Positions 8,553 through 19,634 are shown, numbered from the stretch's first letter. The stretch is 64,000 bases of DNA from Myxococcales bacterium (GCA_047601445.1 JASGJH010000001.1:5184001-5248000); one strand, 5' to 3'. Notes: a model not told the origin generated them from the letters alone. Program-made: numbers and translations.

Positions 8553-9167
8553 TCAGCGCAGGGAGCGTGGAGCTGCGCTCCTGAGCGGCTCGATCGCTCT
8601 CGACCCCGGATGCGCACGCCCCAGCGTGGCATGGGCGAGCTTCCTGAACGTGTCCGCGAGCACGCCCGGCTCCGCCCTGCGGGCCGTCTCGACCCAACCT
8701 ACGAGCAGCTCGAACAGGCCACCGCTCATGTACCTGGCGGTGGCGCTGCGCTGATTCTCGTCGACGCCGAGCGAGCCGAGTTCGGCCTCCACGAGCTTGG
8801 TGATCACGTCGCGCAGCCTACGATGGACGACCGGTCCGCTCTTGCCGCCGACGATGGCGCGATGAAGCCGGATGTTGCCATGGGCGTGCTCGATCAGGGC
8901 CTCCACGAAGGCAAAGGTGCCCACCGCGCGCCGCCTGTGTGCGTGGAGCTCCTCGAGCAGGTCGTCGAATCCGCTGACGAGGAGATCTTCTTTGTCGGCA
9001 AAGTGCAGGTAGAACGTGGAGCGCCCGACCTCGGCCCGTTCGCACACGTCGAGCACGCTCACCGCGTCCCAACCACGCTCCAAGATCAAGCCCACCAAGG
9101 CGGAACGTAGGCGCGTTTTGGTGCGCTTGACGCGGCGATCCAGAGATGTGCCCGAGGCAGTTTTCAT
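8553..9167 (-). CDS. TetR/AcrR family transcriptional regulator
   Basis: DRRVKRTK...VSVLDVCERAEVGRSTFYLHFADKEDLL helix-turn-helix. Confidence 0.95.
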   Translation of the reverse strand: MKTASGTSLDRRVKRTKTRLRSALVGLILERGWDAVSVLDVCERAEVGRSTFYLHFADKEDLLVSGFDDLLEELHAHRRRAVGTFAFVEALIEHAHGNIRLHRAIVGGKSGPVVHRRLRDVITKLVEAELGSLGVDENQRSATARYMSGGLFELLVGWVETARRAEPGVLADTFRKLAHATLGRAHPGSRAIEPLRSAAPRSLR

Positions 9168-9293
9168 GACCTGTCACGCATGCTGCACGCCCTCCAAGAT
9201 GCTTTGCCCCGGGTTTGCGATCAAGAGCGAGCGGGTGCCGCCTTCACGATGGCCCATGAAAAGGACCCTCGTGATGCGCGCTCACGGCCCGGG

Positions 9294-11681
9294 CTACACG
9301 CGCCCCAGGGCCTCCCAGACCGTGAGTCTCGACGCGCGCCGTGCTGGCAACCACGTCGCCACGAGCGCGACCACACAGACGAGCGCGAGCCACGTCGAGA
9401 GTGCCCCGAGGTCGACCACGACCGGCAGGCGGACCCGAAAGGCGAGCATCCCGACACTTTTGCCCACGAGGGCCGTGAGCGGCAGTGCCAACACCGAGGC
9501 CACGCCCCAGCTCAGCACGCCCACCACGAGCGCCTCTCCCATGACTAGCAGGGCGATGCGCGCAGGCGTGGCCCCGATGGTCTTCAGCACACCGATCTCA
9601 CGGGTGCGCTCGAGCACGTTGCTCCCCATGGTGGATGCCAACCCCAACATGCCCACCACGACCATTAAAGCCGCCATGGCGAGCAGCATGCGGATGAGCA
9701 CGACCACGTGGTCGCCCATGGCGGTGCGCAGGACCGTCAGGGGAATCACCACTTCCACGCTGGCGCCCGCCTGCTCGAGTCGCCCTTCGATGGCACGTAT
9801 CACGACCTCCCGGCTCTCCTGCGAGTGCGCCTTGGTGGCGATGCGCACCATGCTCGTGGTCTCCACGTCGGCCTCGGTGGCCCGCGCGTACGCTTCACGT
9901 GTCACGTAGGCGATGCCCGGTGCGCCCACCTCCTCGACGACCCCGACCACGCGCCAACGTGTGGGCCGTCCTGCGAGCGACAGCATGATTTCGCCGCCCA
10001 CGTGGGTAGTCGGCGGTGCCTGACTCAGCGCCATGTGGTTGAGCACGACGCCGTCGGAGTCGCCCTGCGTCAACCAGTGACCCGCGAGCAGCGGAAACTC
10101 CACCAGGGAGGTGTCCGCTGGGATGCCCATCATCGCCAGGCTACCGTGGCTTCCGTCTGGATAGGTCCGCACCACATCGACGTGATCTGCGCGCCAGAAT
10201 GCCGTGCGACTGTAGCCCCAGGCCTCGACCGCTTGCACGCCTTCGAGTTCGGCCAGCTCGTGAGCGACCGCGGCGGGTGCGTTCAACCTGACCTCGACGT
10301 CGTAGTGTCGGTTCTCATAGACACGCGCCACGATGCGCTCCCAGCCTCCCGAGATGTTGAGGGCGGTCATGAACATGGCGCCACCGGCCGCGAGCAGGGA
10401 GAGGGTGAGCACCAAGCGCGTGCGGCGGCGTGACACGTTGCGCAGAATCAACGCGAGATTCCGACGGCCCCACGAACGCCGAGGCCGCGTGCCGTCGATC
10501 CCAGGTCCCACTCCGTACTCGTCCATGGCCTCGCGCACCGTGACGCGACAGCCTCGCACGACGGGAACGGCAGCCACGGCGAGCGGGACCAGGATGCCCG
10601 CGGCTAGCTCGACCGCGAGCACCCACCACGGAATGACACGCGTGGCCAGCGTGAGATTGAGCATCGTCGCGGACATCCCTGCGAAGGCGCCGGCTCCCGC
10701 GATGCCTACGGGCAGAGCCGCGCCGACCGCCGCCGCGCCTAGCAGCGCCACGAACACCATGTAGAGAGCCACGAGCTGCGACGCCCGTGCCCCCATGGCC
10801 TTCATCACGCCGATTTCGCGCACCTGGCGGGCCAGCAGAGCGGCCATGGAGGTGGCTACCAGCATGCCGCTCAAGATCAGGGCCAGCACGCTGAAGGTCA
10901 GCATCAGAAAGAGCACGCCCATCATCTGCGACTGGTGCGGATGTCGGCCGGGCGGCGGCACACGGGCCTGCTCGACCCGGTGACCGCGCTCGCCTAGCCA
11001 GCTCGCGAGCTTATCGACCTCGGCTTCGATGCTCGCCACGTCGAGGGAGTCGCCTTGGAAGGTCACCCGCAGCTCGCGGAGCTCCGTGGGCTCACCGAGG
11101 AGCGCCAAGGTTGCCTGAGTAATGTAGCCGTACCCTTCGCGTTCCTGCCACGCCGGCGCCAGCCCTGGATCATGGACCAGGCCACTCACGGCGACCTCGT
11201 GCAGCGAGCCGTGAGGTGTCTTCACCAGCACGTGGTCGCCTTCCCGGGCTTCGAGCATGTCGACGGCCGAGCGCTCGATGAGCATCGTACCGTCTGGCGG
11301 CGGCCACGCGCCGCTCTCCCGGGCAAACGTATTGAGGGTCAAGTGCCGGAAGTCATCCACCACGAACAGCAGGAGAGGCCTGAATTCGGCTCCAATCTTC
11401 GCCCGCGCCAGCACGATCTCGCCAGCTTCGACGCGCGCGATGCCGGGGCGCCGTCGCACCTCCTCGACCAGCGCTTGATCGACGCCGCCGCTCAGCTCGA
11501 GCGCAGCATGCGCGGGGCGCGTGCCCAGATAGTTTCGCGGCATTTCACGCGTCATGATCGCGAAGGCGCCGAGCACCGTCCCAATGCCCATCACGCTGAC
11601 GGCGATCGCACCGATCATCAGCAGCGCGCGCCCGCGCTCCATCCAGGCATCACGCCACAACTTTCGCCAACGCGGTCTCAT
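9294..11681 (-). CDS. ABC transporter permease, FtsX/MacB-like (duplicated domains)
   Basis: RWRKLWRD start; two REIGV(M/L)K.(M/I)GA motifs; multiple TM segments; ATGA overlap with the ATPase gene. Confidence 0.93.
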   Translation of the reverse strand: MRPRWRKLWRDAWMERGRALLMIGAIAVSVMGIGTVLGAFAIMTREMPRNYLGTRPAHAALELSGGVDQALVEEVRRRPGIARVEAGEIVLARAKIGAEFRPLLLFVVDDFRHLTLNTFARESGAWPPPDGTMLIERSAVDMLEAREGDHVLVKTPHGSLHEVAVSGLVHDPGLAPAWQEREGYGYITQATLALLGEPTELRELRVTFQGDSLDVASIEAEVDKLASWLGERGHRVEQARVPPPGRHPHQSQMMGVLFLMLTFSVLALILSGMLVATSMAALLARQVREIGVMKAMGARASQLVALYMVFVALLGAAAVGAALPVGIAGAGAFAGMSATMLNLTLATRVIPWWVLAVELAAGILVPLAVAAVPVVRGCRVTVREAMDEYGVGPGIDGTRPRRSWGRRNLALILRNVSRRRTRLVLTLSLLAAGGAMFMTALNISGGWERIVARVYENRHYDVEVRLNAPAAVAHELAELEGVQAVEAWGYSRTAFWRADHVDVVRTYPDGSHGSLAMMGIPADTSLVEFPLLAGHWLTQGDSDGVVLNHMALSQAPPTTHVGGEIMLSLAGRPTRWRVVGVVEEVGAPGIAYVTREAYARATEADVETTSMVRIATKAHSQESREVVIRAIEGRLEQAGASVEVVIPLTVLRTAMGDHVVVLIRMLLAMAALMVVVGMLGLASTMGSNVLERTREIGVLKTIGATPARIALLVMGEALVVGVLSWGVASVLALPLTALVGKSVGMLAFRVRLPVVVDLGALSTWLALVCVVALVATWLPARRASRLTVWEALGRV

Positions 11682-12418
11682 GACGCCCCCTGCGCCCGCG
11701 TCTCGCCACCCAAAGTGGCTTCTTCTTGCACGCGCCCGTCCACGAGCTTCACCACGCGGTCGAAGTGGCGGGCCAACTCTCGCTCGTGGGTCACCACGAT
11801 CACGGTCTTGCCGGCGCGCGCGAGCTCGACCAGGAGCTCGAGCACCGCATCCGCCGTGCGAGAGTCGAGGTTGCCGGTTGGCTCATCGGCCACGATCACC
11901 GCAGGATCGTTGGCGAGTGCGCGCGCAATGGCCGCCCGCTGTTGCTGTCCACCGCTGAGCGCCGATGGCAGCTTGTGGGCCTGTTCGGCGATGCCCACCC
12001 GGCCGAGCAGCGCGAGCGCTCGCGCTTCTGCACGGGCGTCATAGGTGCCGCACAGATCCATCGGCAGGAGCACGTTCTCCAGCACGGTCAACGTGGGCAA
12101 GAGCTGAAAGAACTGAAACACCACGCCCACGTTGCGACCGCGCCAAGCCGCGAGGCGGCTCTCGTCGAGCTCGTGCACGCTCACGCCTCCGACCAGAACC
12201 TCGCCCTGCGTCGGCCGATCGATTCCCGCGATCAAGTTGATCAGGGTCGACTTGCCGCTGCCTGATTTTCCCACCACGGCCGTGAGTTCCCCGGCGCGCA
12301 GCGCGACACGAACATCGCTCAGCGCCGTGAAGCGGACCTCGCCGGCGGCATAGACCTTCGTCACACCTCGCAGCTCGATCGCGTGACGTTCCCCGTCTCT
12401 GCTGGACATGGTGTCCAT
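11678..12418 (-). CDS. ABC transporter ATP-binding protein (LolD/MacB type)
   Basis: Walker A GKSGSGKS, signature LSGGQQQR, Walker [13 protein letters not shown]. Start at 12418 or 12409. Confidence 0.95.
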   Translation of the reverse strand: MDTMSSRDGERHAIELRGVTKVYAAGEVRFTALSDVRVALRAGELTAVVGKSGSGKSTLINLIAGIDRPTQGEVLVGGVSVHELDESRLAAWRGRNVGVVFQFFQLLPTLTVLENVLLPMDLCGTYDARAEARALALLGRVGIAEQAHKLPSALSGGQQQRAAIARALANDPAVIVADEPTGNLDSRTADAVLELLVELARAGKTVIVVTHERELARHFDRVVKLVDGRVQEEATLGGETRAQGAS

Positions 12419-12497
12419 GTTGCCGAGCTGGCTCGCGAACGCAATGGACGGCGTGGGCGAGCGCACCCGTTCCTGGACATCCGCCAGCAACTGTCCA
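12403..12497. promoter_or_regulatory. Two TGGACA...TGTCCA inverted repeats, candidate TetR operators
   Basis: TGGACA-N3-TGTCCA at 12403-12417 and TGGACA-N12-TGTCCA at 12474-12497, over the start/promoter of the ABC-TetR operon. Confidence 0.55.
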
Positions 12498-12564
12498 TCA
12501 ACGCTAGAGGAGATCCGTGCGGCGTTCAGTCAGTTCGCACGGAGCAAGTGTACCCGCCGCGCCC

Positions 12565-15500
12565 TTACTTCGCGACGCCGCGGCAGTCGGCCGGTAGCCG
12601 CGCAGCGGAGAACGGAAATGGGCGGGCCTGCTTGATCACGAGGTCGCGTGCGTCACCGACCACCTTGAACTCCACCTCCATGGTGAACCAGCGGTTCTTG
12701 CCGTCGGCGTTCATCAGGGCCTCGAAGTGATCGTGCAGCGCACCGAGCGCGCAGGCCAGCTCGCGGATCTCGTCGGACGCGAGCACGTCCTTGCCTTGCG
12801 TGAGCGTGGAGTGCGACCGATAGGTGAGCTCGGGCGTGTTCGGCGGCCAAGTGTAGACCACCTGCTCGGTCCCCACCCCCGGCGCCGGATTGGTCACCGA
12901 CGCCTCGCCGACTTGCGCGTTGACGTAGAACTGATCGCCGCGGGTCGGATCATTCAGGTTGCGGCTCATGGCCACGCCGTTGGCGCGCTCCCCCACGAAG
13001 CGAGGGTGCACCAAGACGCCCATCGCCACGCCCGTGTGATCGATACCCGCCAGCGTGCGCTCGTCGTAAGCGCGCTCGTCCCACAGGCTCGACCACACGG
13101 TGTGGAGCGCAGCTTCGATGGCCTCGCTCTCGCCGGCCGCAGCGCTCTCCGACGTATACAACCCTGCGCCGTTGAAGCCTTCGAGGTCCTCCGCATTGCT
13201 GCTGCTGCGAAAGCGAACCTCATCGCTGCCGAAACGGCGCTGACACTCCGACGTGAGCTCGCTCAGTAGGCCCGGCTCGACCGGCGTCTCGGCGATCAAG
13301 GCGCGCACCTCGGCGAGGCCTGCGGAGCGCACGCTCGGATCGCTCGCAAAGGCGGGGTCCTTACGCAACGCCTCGAACTTCGCCTCGGCGCCGCTGCGCG
13401 CGAAGTGCTCGATGTAGTGCACCACCGGGAGCGCGAAGGCGCTCTTGGGCGTGCGGATCGGGAGTACGGCACAGCCTTCGCGTTCCGTGGTCACCTTGGC
13501 CAGCTCGGCGAGCTGCGCGGCCTTCGCCCCGATGAGCGGCAAGTCACCCACGCCGCGCCCCGACAGATCGATCACACCGCGCACGCTGGTGTCGCGCTTG
13601 GGCTGGAACAACGGACCTTGCGGGACGCGGCTCTGCCAGAACTTTTGCGCGTCCACTGGGTCGGCCTTCGCCACGGAGAAACCGTCGGCGCGAACCTCCA
13701 GGCGCACCAGCTCGCCGAACAACTGCACGAGCTCGGGCGCAGTGCGCGCGTGAGAAAGGGCCATATTCGGGGTGTCGCGGGCCTGACTCAAGAGGTTCAC
13801 GTGGGAGAGCGGGGTCTGGAATGCCTCCGTGACGAGTCCCCCCACCAACTCGATGTCGTTCGGCACGTCATCGGTGACCACGATCACGTCGGGCCCCAGG
13901 CGTGTGCTCGCGAGCTGATCCGTGGGCACGAAGGTGAGCGTCCCGTAGGCCACAGCGGGAGTGAGCGGCTGGAACGTGAGGCCCTCGTAGGGCGCGTTGG
14001 GCCCCACGATGGGAAGCTTGCCGTCGAGCGAGCGTGCGCGCTCGAGCTGGCTCTCGTCGACCGGATGGAAGAACCAATCCTTGGGCGAGGGAACATGTCC
14101 CATGTCGGCGAAGAACGCGGCCTGGATCTGCGCCGGACTGATGGCGTCGCCGCTGGTGAACTCCACGGTGTGCAGGTTCGGACCCACGTGGTGCACCAGG
14201 GAGCCGAGCAGGTAGCTGCGCGTCTCCACGCTGAGATACTCCGAAGCGATGAAGGCCGAGAACTCGGCTTCGAACAGGGCGTTCTGATCGGTATCGCAGC
14301 GATCGAGGGCAGTCTCGCCCTGGATCACCTCGCGGATGAAGGTGAAGTGCAGGGGCCAGCGCGCGGAGCTCAACAGGTGCACTGGGCCCGTGCCCTGGCC
14401 TTCGATCACGAACTTGACGGGCGCCATGCCCAAGCTCGAACCGCCCTTGGCGAGCGCGGCGAAATCCCCCGGCGTATGCAGCTGGCGCAGACGGTCCCCC
14501 ACGTCGCGAGATGCGAGCTCGGTACACGCGTCGGCGCTGCCCTTGGTGTTGTTGGTGCAGTAGCGGAAGCGCCGATGATCCGCGGTTCGCGAGAGCACCG
14601 CCCCCGAGGGCCAGCGGTTGAAGTCCACGCGCTCCACGGCCTGAACGTCGAGGTCGACCAGATGATAGAGGGTCACCACGCCCTCGAAGTCCTGTCCTGC
14701 GCTGAGCTCCGAGACGATGCCCTCGTCGACGGACAGCACCAGGCGCTCACCCGGCGCGAGCTCGGTCAGGGCCGGCAGGTCCACCATCACGCCGTCGAAG
14801 TTGCTAGGCCACGACTGACCCGGGCGCAGGGGCGCGATGTTCACCGCCCAGTCCTCGAGCGAGAGCGGTGCGCTACCGATGTTCTCGAGCTCGATGAAGG
14901 CCGCCGGATGGAGTGCGAGCTCGCTTACGATGAGCGGCGATTGCGGCACGCCGAAGTCTGCCGGCCAGGAGAAGGGCGCGAAGGTCGCGTCGCCGTCGAA
15001 GCCGTTTGGCAGCTTGGGCTCGCAGCCCGCGCCATTGAGGGCCGAGGGCGTGGCGTAGCGACAGGAGCTCCATTCCCCCGAGCCGTCCGGCAGCCTCGCT
15101 TGACTCACGTCGGTGGCCTGGCCGCCGAAGCTCGACCGATCCGCGAGCACCCCGTCCGAGAGGCGCCTCAGCTCGACGCGGCTGCCGTCCTTGTCGAGTT
15201 TGAAGGGCAAATGCAGCGGACCTTGTTCGACCTGCTTGTCGGCCCAGAGCAGCAGGACCTCGCCCGGAGCGAGCACCTGATCGGGCAAAGCCACGGACTT
15301 GGCGCCCTTGACGCTCACCCCGAAGTCCGCGAGTCGGATCGGTTGGTCGCCCTGATTGTAGAGCTCGAGCCAGTCGTCGACCTCGCCCTGCTCGTCGACC
15401 CAGACCCCGTCGTTGCTCGCCATCAGCTCATTGAGGACCAGCCCGAGGTCCTGGGGGACCTCCGAGTCCATCTCACCTGGCGAGGAGGCGTCCACCGCAG

Positions 15501-15600
15501 CGTCCTCGCCTGGACCTGCATCCTGCGCGCCCGGGCCACGTTCGCTCTCGCCGCAGGCGATCAGGAACACGGCAAACCAAGCCCTCAAGCACGGACGCAT
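12565..15600 (-). CDS. Lipoprotein with lamin-tail domains, phospho-His domain and PEP/pyruvate-binding ATP-grasp (dikinase-like) domain
   Basis: Lipobox FLIAC after ATG 15600; LVLNELMASN...DWLELYN (LTD); QTPLSHVNLLSQARDTP (phospho-His motif); RFRSSSNAEDLEGFNGAGLYTS and IKQARP (ATP-grasp). Confidence 0.85.
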   Translation of the reverse strand: MRPCLRAWFAVFLIACGESERGPGAQDAGPGEDAAVDASSPGEMDSEVPQDLGLVLNELMASNDGVWVDEQGEVDDWLELYNQGDQPIRLADFGVSVKGAKSVALPDQVLAPGEVLLLWADKQVEQGPLHLPFKLDKDGSRVELRRLSDGVLADRSSFGGQATDVSQARLPDGSGEWSSCRYATPSALNGAGCEPKLPNGFDGDATFAPFSWPADFGVPQSPLIVSELALHPAAFIELENIGSAPLSLEDWAVNIAPLRPGQSWPSNFDGVMVDLPALTELAPGERLVLSVDEGIVSELSAGQDFEGVVTLYHLVDLDVQAVERVDFNRWPSGAVLSRTADHRRFRYCTNNTKGSADACTELASRDVGDRLRQLHTPGDFAALAKGGSSLGMAPVKFVIEGQGTGPVHLLSSARWPLHFTFIREVIQGETALDRCDTDQNALFEAEFSAFIASEYLSVETRSYLLGSLVHHVGPNLHTVEFTSGDAISPAQIQAAFFADMGHVPSPKDWFFHPVDESQLERARSLDGKLPIVGPNAPYEGLTFQPLTPAVAYGTLTFVPTDQLASTRLGPDVIVVTDDVPNDIELVGGLVTEAFQTPLSHVNLLSQARDTPNMALSHARTAPELVQLFGELVRLEVRADGFSVAKADPVDAQKFWQSRVPQGPLFQPKRDTSVRGVIDLSGRGVGDLPLIGAKAAQLAELAKVTTEREGCAVLPIRTPKSAFALPVVHYIEHFARSGAEAKFEALRKDPAFASDPSVRSAGLAEVRALIAETPVEPGLLSELTSECQRRFGSDEVRFRSSSNAEDLEGFNGAGLYTSESAAAGESEAIEAALHTVWSSLWDERAYDERTLAGIDHTGVAMGVLVHPRFVGERANGVAMSRNLNDPTRGDQFYVNAQVGEASVTNPAPGVGTEQVVYTWPPNTPELTYRSHSTLTQGKDVLASDEIRELACALGALHDHFEALMNADGKNRWFTMEVEFKVVGDARDLVIKQARPFPFSAARLPADCRGVAK

Positions 15601-15853
15601 ACAACACCTCGAAGCGAAGAGGAGCACCCTAGCTGACGGCAGGTCCCGAGGGAACGCCTTGTTCCGCGCGTTCACGGATCATCATGCCCGGCAGACCCGC
15701 CGTCCCCACGACGCGACTCCGCTACGTCGCGGCGCAGCAGGCCAATCTCCTGACGCATTCCGCCATGTCCGCCTGCTTACGGTGGGGCACGGGTAATGAA
15801 GAGGCCCCCCTCGGCCAATGCGAAGGGCACGCCGGCCAGGCACGGTGGTGGCC

Positions 15854-16945
15854 ATGACCCCATCCCGGCCCTCCTTTTCGTCGTGCCCCTCCGCGCCTTC
15901 CCCGCGCCCGCGCCGCGGCGTGCAGTCGCCGGCTCGCCTCCTCGCACGGACGCTGCTCCTGTCCACCTCGCTGACCGCGTTGGCCGCCTGTGGCGACTCG
16001 GGTTCGAACGGAGCCGTGGAACCCAGCGACGATGCCGGCTCGCAGCAAGAGCAGGATGCGGGCGATGCTTCGTCCCATCCGCATTTCACGTCCGTCGCCA
16101 CCGAGGCCATCGAGGCCCCCGTGGCCAACGATTGCATCACCGACGTGAGCCCCGGCGATCACACCTTCACCTGCGACGGCATCACCTACTTGGTGCTCGT
16201 CGACGAGCAGTGCACCAAGCGCGCCTGCGGGCTGATCTTCGACGTGCACGGCGCCACGATGTCGGGCTTGCAAGAGCGGGACAACACGCTGCTCCACGAG
16301 ATGGCGCCCCAAGCCGGGTTCATCTACGTGAATCCGAGCGCGACCCCCGAGGGCACCGGCGGTACCTGGAACCTCGACAGCGACCCCGCGAAGATCGCAC
16401 TGGTAATGCCCAAGGTGATCTCCGCCTTCCATGTGAACCCCAAGCGCGTCCACATCACGGGCTTCTCCCAAGGCGGCGTGACTACGTTCGACTTCCTCGC
16501 GCACCAGAACGCCATCCTCGCCAGCGCCGCACCGGTGGCCGGCGCGTTGCGCGACGCTGCCTGGGCCACCAGCGCCTGGCAGCCTCGCGTGCCCATGCTG
16601 GTGATGAACGGCATCGGCGACACCGCGTCGACCATCGATCGCTCACGGGCGCTGATCGATCAGATCGTGAAGGGACTCGAGCTCACGGGCGGCAGCGAGA
16701 TCGAGGGCGACGGACACTATTCGTGGAAGCAGTGGACGGGAGCCGACGGCATGGACCTCGAGTACATCGAGCACGACTATGGCGGCCAGGCCGTGCTCGG
16801 TGGGCATTGCATCCCGGGCGGCATCGACGTGGACGGAGCCCCCCACAACTTCGGCTTGAACGCCACCACGTGCACCACCGGCGACATCAAGCTCAAGTGG
16901 GGCGAGCGCGTTTTGCAGTGGTTCATCGATCATCCCAAGCGCTAA
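15854..16945 (+). CDS. Lipoprotein alpha/beta hydrolase (PHB depolymerase/LpqC-like esterase)
   Basis: Lipobox LAAC; DVHG oxyanion region; RVHITGFSQGG nucleophile elbow; NGIGD. Start uncertain. Confidence 0.8.
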   Translation: MTPSRPSFSSCPSAPSPRPRRGVQSPARLLARTLLLSTSLTALAACGDSGSNGAVEPSDDAGSQQEQDAGDASSHPHFTSVATEAIEAPVANDCITDVSPGDHTFTCDGITYLVLVDEQCTKRACGLIFDVHGATMSGLQERDNTLLHEMAPQAGFIYVNPSATPEGTGGTWNLDSDPAKIALVMPKVISAFHVNPKRVHITGFSQGGVTTFDFLAHQNAILASAAPVAGALRDAAWATSAWQPRVPMLVMNGIGDTASTIDRSRALIDQIVKGLELTGGSEIEGDGHYSWKQWTGADGMDLEYIEHDYGGQAVLGGHCIPGGIDVDGAPHNFGLNATTCTTGDIKLKWGERVLQWFIDHPKR

Positions 16946-16953
16946 CGGGTCGC

Positions 16954-17608
16954 TTAGCTCCCGTGCACCTTGGTGAGCGTCCCACGCGTGATGGGATCTG
17001 CCTGGCCTGTCACGGGCAAGCTCTGCGAGCGCTGAAACATGCGCAACGCGCTGGCCGTCGGTCCATCGAACTTGTCGTCGAGCTCGCCCTGATAGAGTCC
17101 CAAGTTTTGCAGCCGCGCCTTCAAACCGCGCGTGGTGCTCACGGGATCGAGCCGACCAAGTTCGAGATCGATCGGGTTGTCTTTGTCGTCTTCGAGCACG
17201 AGCTTCAGCTTGGTCACCGACGCGGGTAACTCCTCGTGCAACACACCTTCGAAGGCAAAGCCGTGGATGGGTTCCGCGAGCTTTTCCTTTTGCGTGCCGT
17301 CGTAGACCAGCTCCTGGAGGGTGTAGTCCACCTCGTGCGGCCGCCCGCTCTCGTCCTGCAGATTCAGGTGCAAGATGCGCCTCGCGGGTTGATACACCAG
17401 GGTCACTTCGCCACCGACCTCGACCTTCACGAGCTTGGGTTCCGGCTCGGGGATCCGAGATCTCGTCTTCGGTAAAGAGCACTCCGGGATCGTGCGCAGC
17501 GAAGACGTCGGCGTTTTTCCCGTCACTCAGGATGTCCTGGGTGGCGACGTTTTGGGTGCGCGCGATGTGAAGGAGGTCTTCCCCGGGCTGTGGCTTGATC
17601 TGCGGCAT
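16954..17608 (-). CDS. LysM-like + Ig/transthyretin-like + peptidoglycan-binding domain protein; frameshifted at ~17458 (likely sequencing error)
   Basis: ATG 17608 frame gives MPQIKPQPGEDLLHIA...KNADVFAAHDPGVLFTEDEI (LysM-like). It continues in the 16954..17526 frame as IPEPEPK...LGRLDPV...ARLQNLG...DGPTASALRMFQ (PG_binding_1). Confidence 0.78.
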
Positions 17609-17828
17609 GACAGCTCGAAAGCGTTGTCCACCGAGTCCAAGCCGGTCAAGGCGGTCGCGTCCCCGCGCCGGGTGGATTTGGGGTGACGGCAGGCCCCTTG
17701 ACTGGCTCGCGCTCTCCCACATCTCACCAGGTCAGCCCCCTGGCTGCGTGACTGGTCCTCTCGCTATCCAAGCCAGGTGCGCGCGCGTATCCTACCCGCT
17801 CAACAATCTGCGGGGTGGGGAAGAACAC

Positions 17829-19415
17829 ATGAAGAAGGCCGTGGTGGCGCTTGGCATTGCAGCAGGTCTTGGGGCAGCCGCAGTGGTGGGCGCATCGGTC
17901 TACACGGGACGTGCGGTCACGGAGCGGCTCAGCCAGCAGATGCGCGAGGTGCAGAAGCTCTTGCCGAGCTTCGAGGTAGTGGAGGAGAAGGTCGAGCACG
18001 GACTCTTCAGCTCGAGCCGCCAGGTCACCGTGAAGCTAGGCTGCTTTCCCACCGCGCTGCCTGGGCTACCGGGCATCCCCGGACTCGCGGCGGGCACGGC
18101 GGGAACGTCCGCGCCTCAGCCGCTGCAGGTGAGTTTCCGCGACGAGATTCATCATGGGCCGTTCCTGGGGGCAGCCGGCTTCGGGGCAGCCAGCATCGAC
18201 ACCGTGTTCGCGCGCTCGAAGGCCGACAAGACGGCCAAGGCCGGCGGGTCCGAGCTCGTGGTGCACAGCGTGGTCTCCTTCGACGGCACGGTGCACGGAA
18301 AGGTCCTGGTACCGGGCGCCAAGGTCGACCAGCCCGATCTCGGTCGCTTCGAGTCCAAGCCAATCGCCGCCACGTTCGAGGTCGAGCTCGGCGACGCCAA
18401 GGCTCCCATCCCGTACTCGCTCGAGGTTCCTCGGATCGACGTCACCAGTGAGGCCCAGGGCGAACAGTTCGTGTTCAAGATGTCGGGCATCAAAGCGCAA
18501 GGCGTGATGCAACCCGCGGCGAACCCGTCGCTGTGGCTGCGCGCCTTCAAGGGCACGAGCAGCATCGCTTCCATGGAGTTCTCCGGCAGGACCCCGAGCA
18601 CCGATGGCTCCCCGCCCGTGCCGATGAAGGCTGTGTTCGACCAGGCGAGCATGAACGCCGAGTCCACGCTGCAGAACGACCTGTTCTCCTCCGAGAGCTC
18701 GATGAGCTTCCGAGCCAAGATCAACGACTTTCAGGTCGACAAGATTCAGGTCAAGAGCGCCATGCGCCGCCTCCACGCTCCGACCTATCAGGCGCTGATG
18801 AATCGCGTGATGGGCACCCTCTTGAGCTGCGACGCCGACGCGCAGCAGCTCGCGTTTCTCAAGCTGTTCTCGGAACTCCAAGCCCAGTTGCCCGAGCTCC
18901 TGCTCCACGATCCCGAGTACGCGTTGGACAACGCCTCGGTGGAGTTGGGCGGAAAGCACGCGAGCTTCTCCTACAGCGTGGGGACGAAGGGCATCACCAA
19001 GAGCGACTTGACCCCCGACGCTTCGCTGCCCGCACTGCTGACGCAAAAGGCCGTCGTGAAAGCCGCGGTGGAGCTGCAGCTCGGCTTGATTGAGCGCGGC
19101 ATCAAGGCCGTGCTCGCGATGGCGCCCGACGCACAGCCCGCGGCCGGCGCGCAACAACCGGCTGCTCAGCAGCTGCCCGTGGCAGGCATCCCGGGCATGC
19201 CCGCGGGAGCCGAGGATCCCGCCCTGATGATGATGGCGTTCGTCGAGACCATGGTCGGCCAGGCCGTGCAAGCCGGCTATGTGATCCGCGAAGGCGACCT
19301 CGTGAAGAGCTCCGCCGCCATCGCCAACGGTGAGCTCTCGGTAAACGGCAAGCCGCTGGCGCTGCCGAGCATGGATGACCTGACGAACGGCGCGCAGTTC
19401 ATGGGCGGGCCCTAG
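17829..19415 (+). CDS. DUF945/YdgA family protein
   Basis: MKKAVVALG signal/anchor, ASVYTG, HGLFSS, IHHGPF, C-terminal GELSVNGKP. Confidence 0.85.
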   Translation: MKKAVVALGIAAGLGAAAVVGASVYTGRAVTERLSQQMREVQKLLPSFEVVEEKVEHGLFSSSRQVTVKLGCFPTALPGLPGIPGLAAGTAGTSAPQPLQVSFRDEIHHGPFLGAAGFGAASIDTVFARSKADKTAKAGGSELVVHSVVSFDGTVHGKVLVPGAKVDQPDLGRFESKPIAATFEVELGDAKAPIPYSLEVPRIDVTSEAQGEQFVFKMSGIKAQGVMQPAANPSLWLRAFKGTSSIASMEFSGRTPSTDGSPPVPMKAVFDQASMNAESTLQNDLFSSESSMSFRAKINDFQVDKIQVKSAMRRLHAPTYQALMNRVMGTLLSCDADAQQLAFLKLFSELQAQLPELLLHDPEYALDNASVELGGKHASFSYSVGTKGITKSDLTPDASLPALLTQKAVVKAAVELQLGLIERGIKAVLAMAPDAQPAAGAQQPAAQQLPVAGIPGMPAGAEDPALMMMAFVETMVGQAVQAGYVIREGDLVKSSAAIANGELSVNGKPLALPSMDDLTNGAQFMGGP

Positions 19416-19455
19416 TACTGCTCGACTCCATTCATGGTCGTTGGTCGTGCCCGCT

Positions 19456-19634
19456 CGTGCCCGCTCACGCACACAACTTCGCCGTTCAGGTCCAAGTCCA
19501 CGTCGCCGACCAAGTCCAGGTCAACGGGGAGGCGTCCAGCCAACCTCTGCCGGTCGCAAGCGTGGTGATGGACATGAACGACGACTTTGACGGAACTTTG
19601 ACGGCGACGGTGACGGTGTGCGTGAGCGGGCACG
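19456..19634. repeat. Intergenic element with perfect 19-bp terminal inverted repeats and a degenerate hexamer interior
   Basis: CGTGCCCGCTCACGCACAC (19456-19474) and its reverse complement (19616-19634); interior GTCCAN/GACGGN-type hexamers; lies between convergent genes. Confidence 0.8.

Noticed and set aside
13405..15636. 743-aa + strand ORF (likewise 27898..30177, 36183..37868, 37944..39680, 41289..43493 and other long antisense ORFs)
   Set aside because: Antisense shadows of real genes, expected from high-GC codon bias; no motifs.
16954..17727. Stop-codon readthrough at TGA 17527-17529 joining two in-frame ORFs
   Set aside because: The upstream in-frame peptide is not protein-like; the LysM-like N-terminus is in another frame and joins via the frameshift at ~17458.
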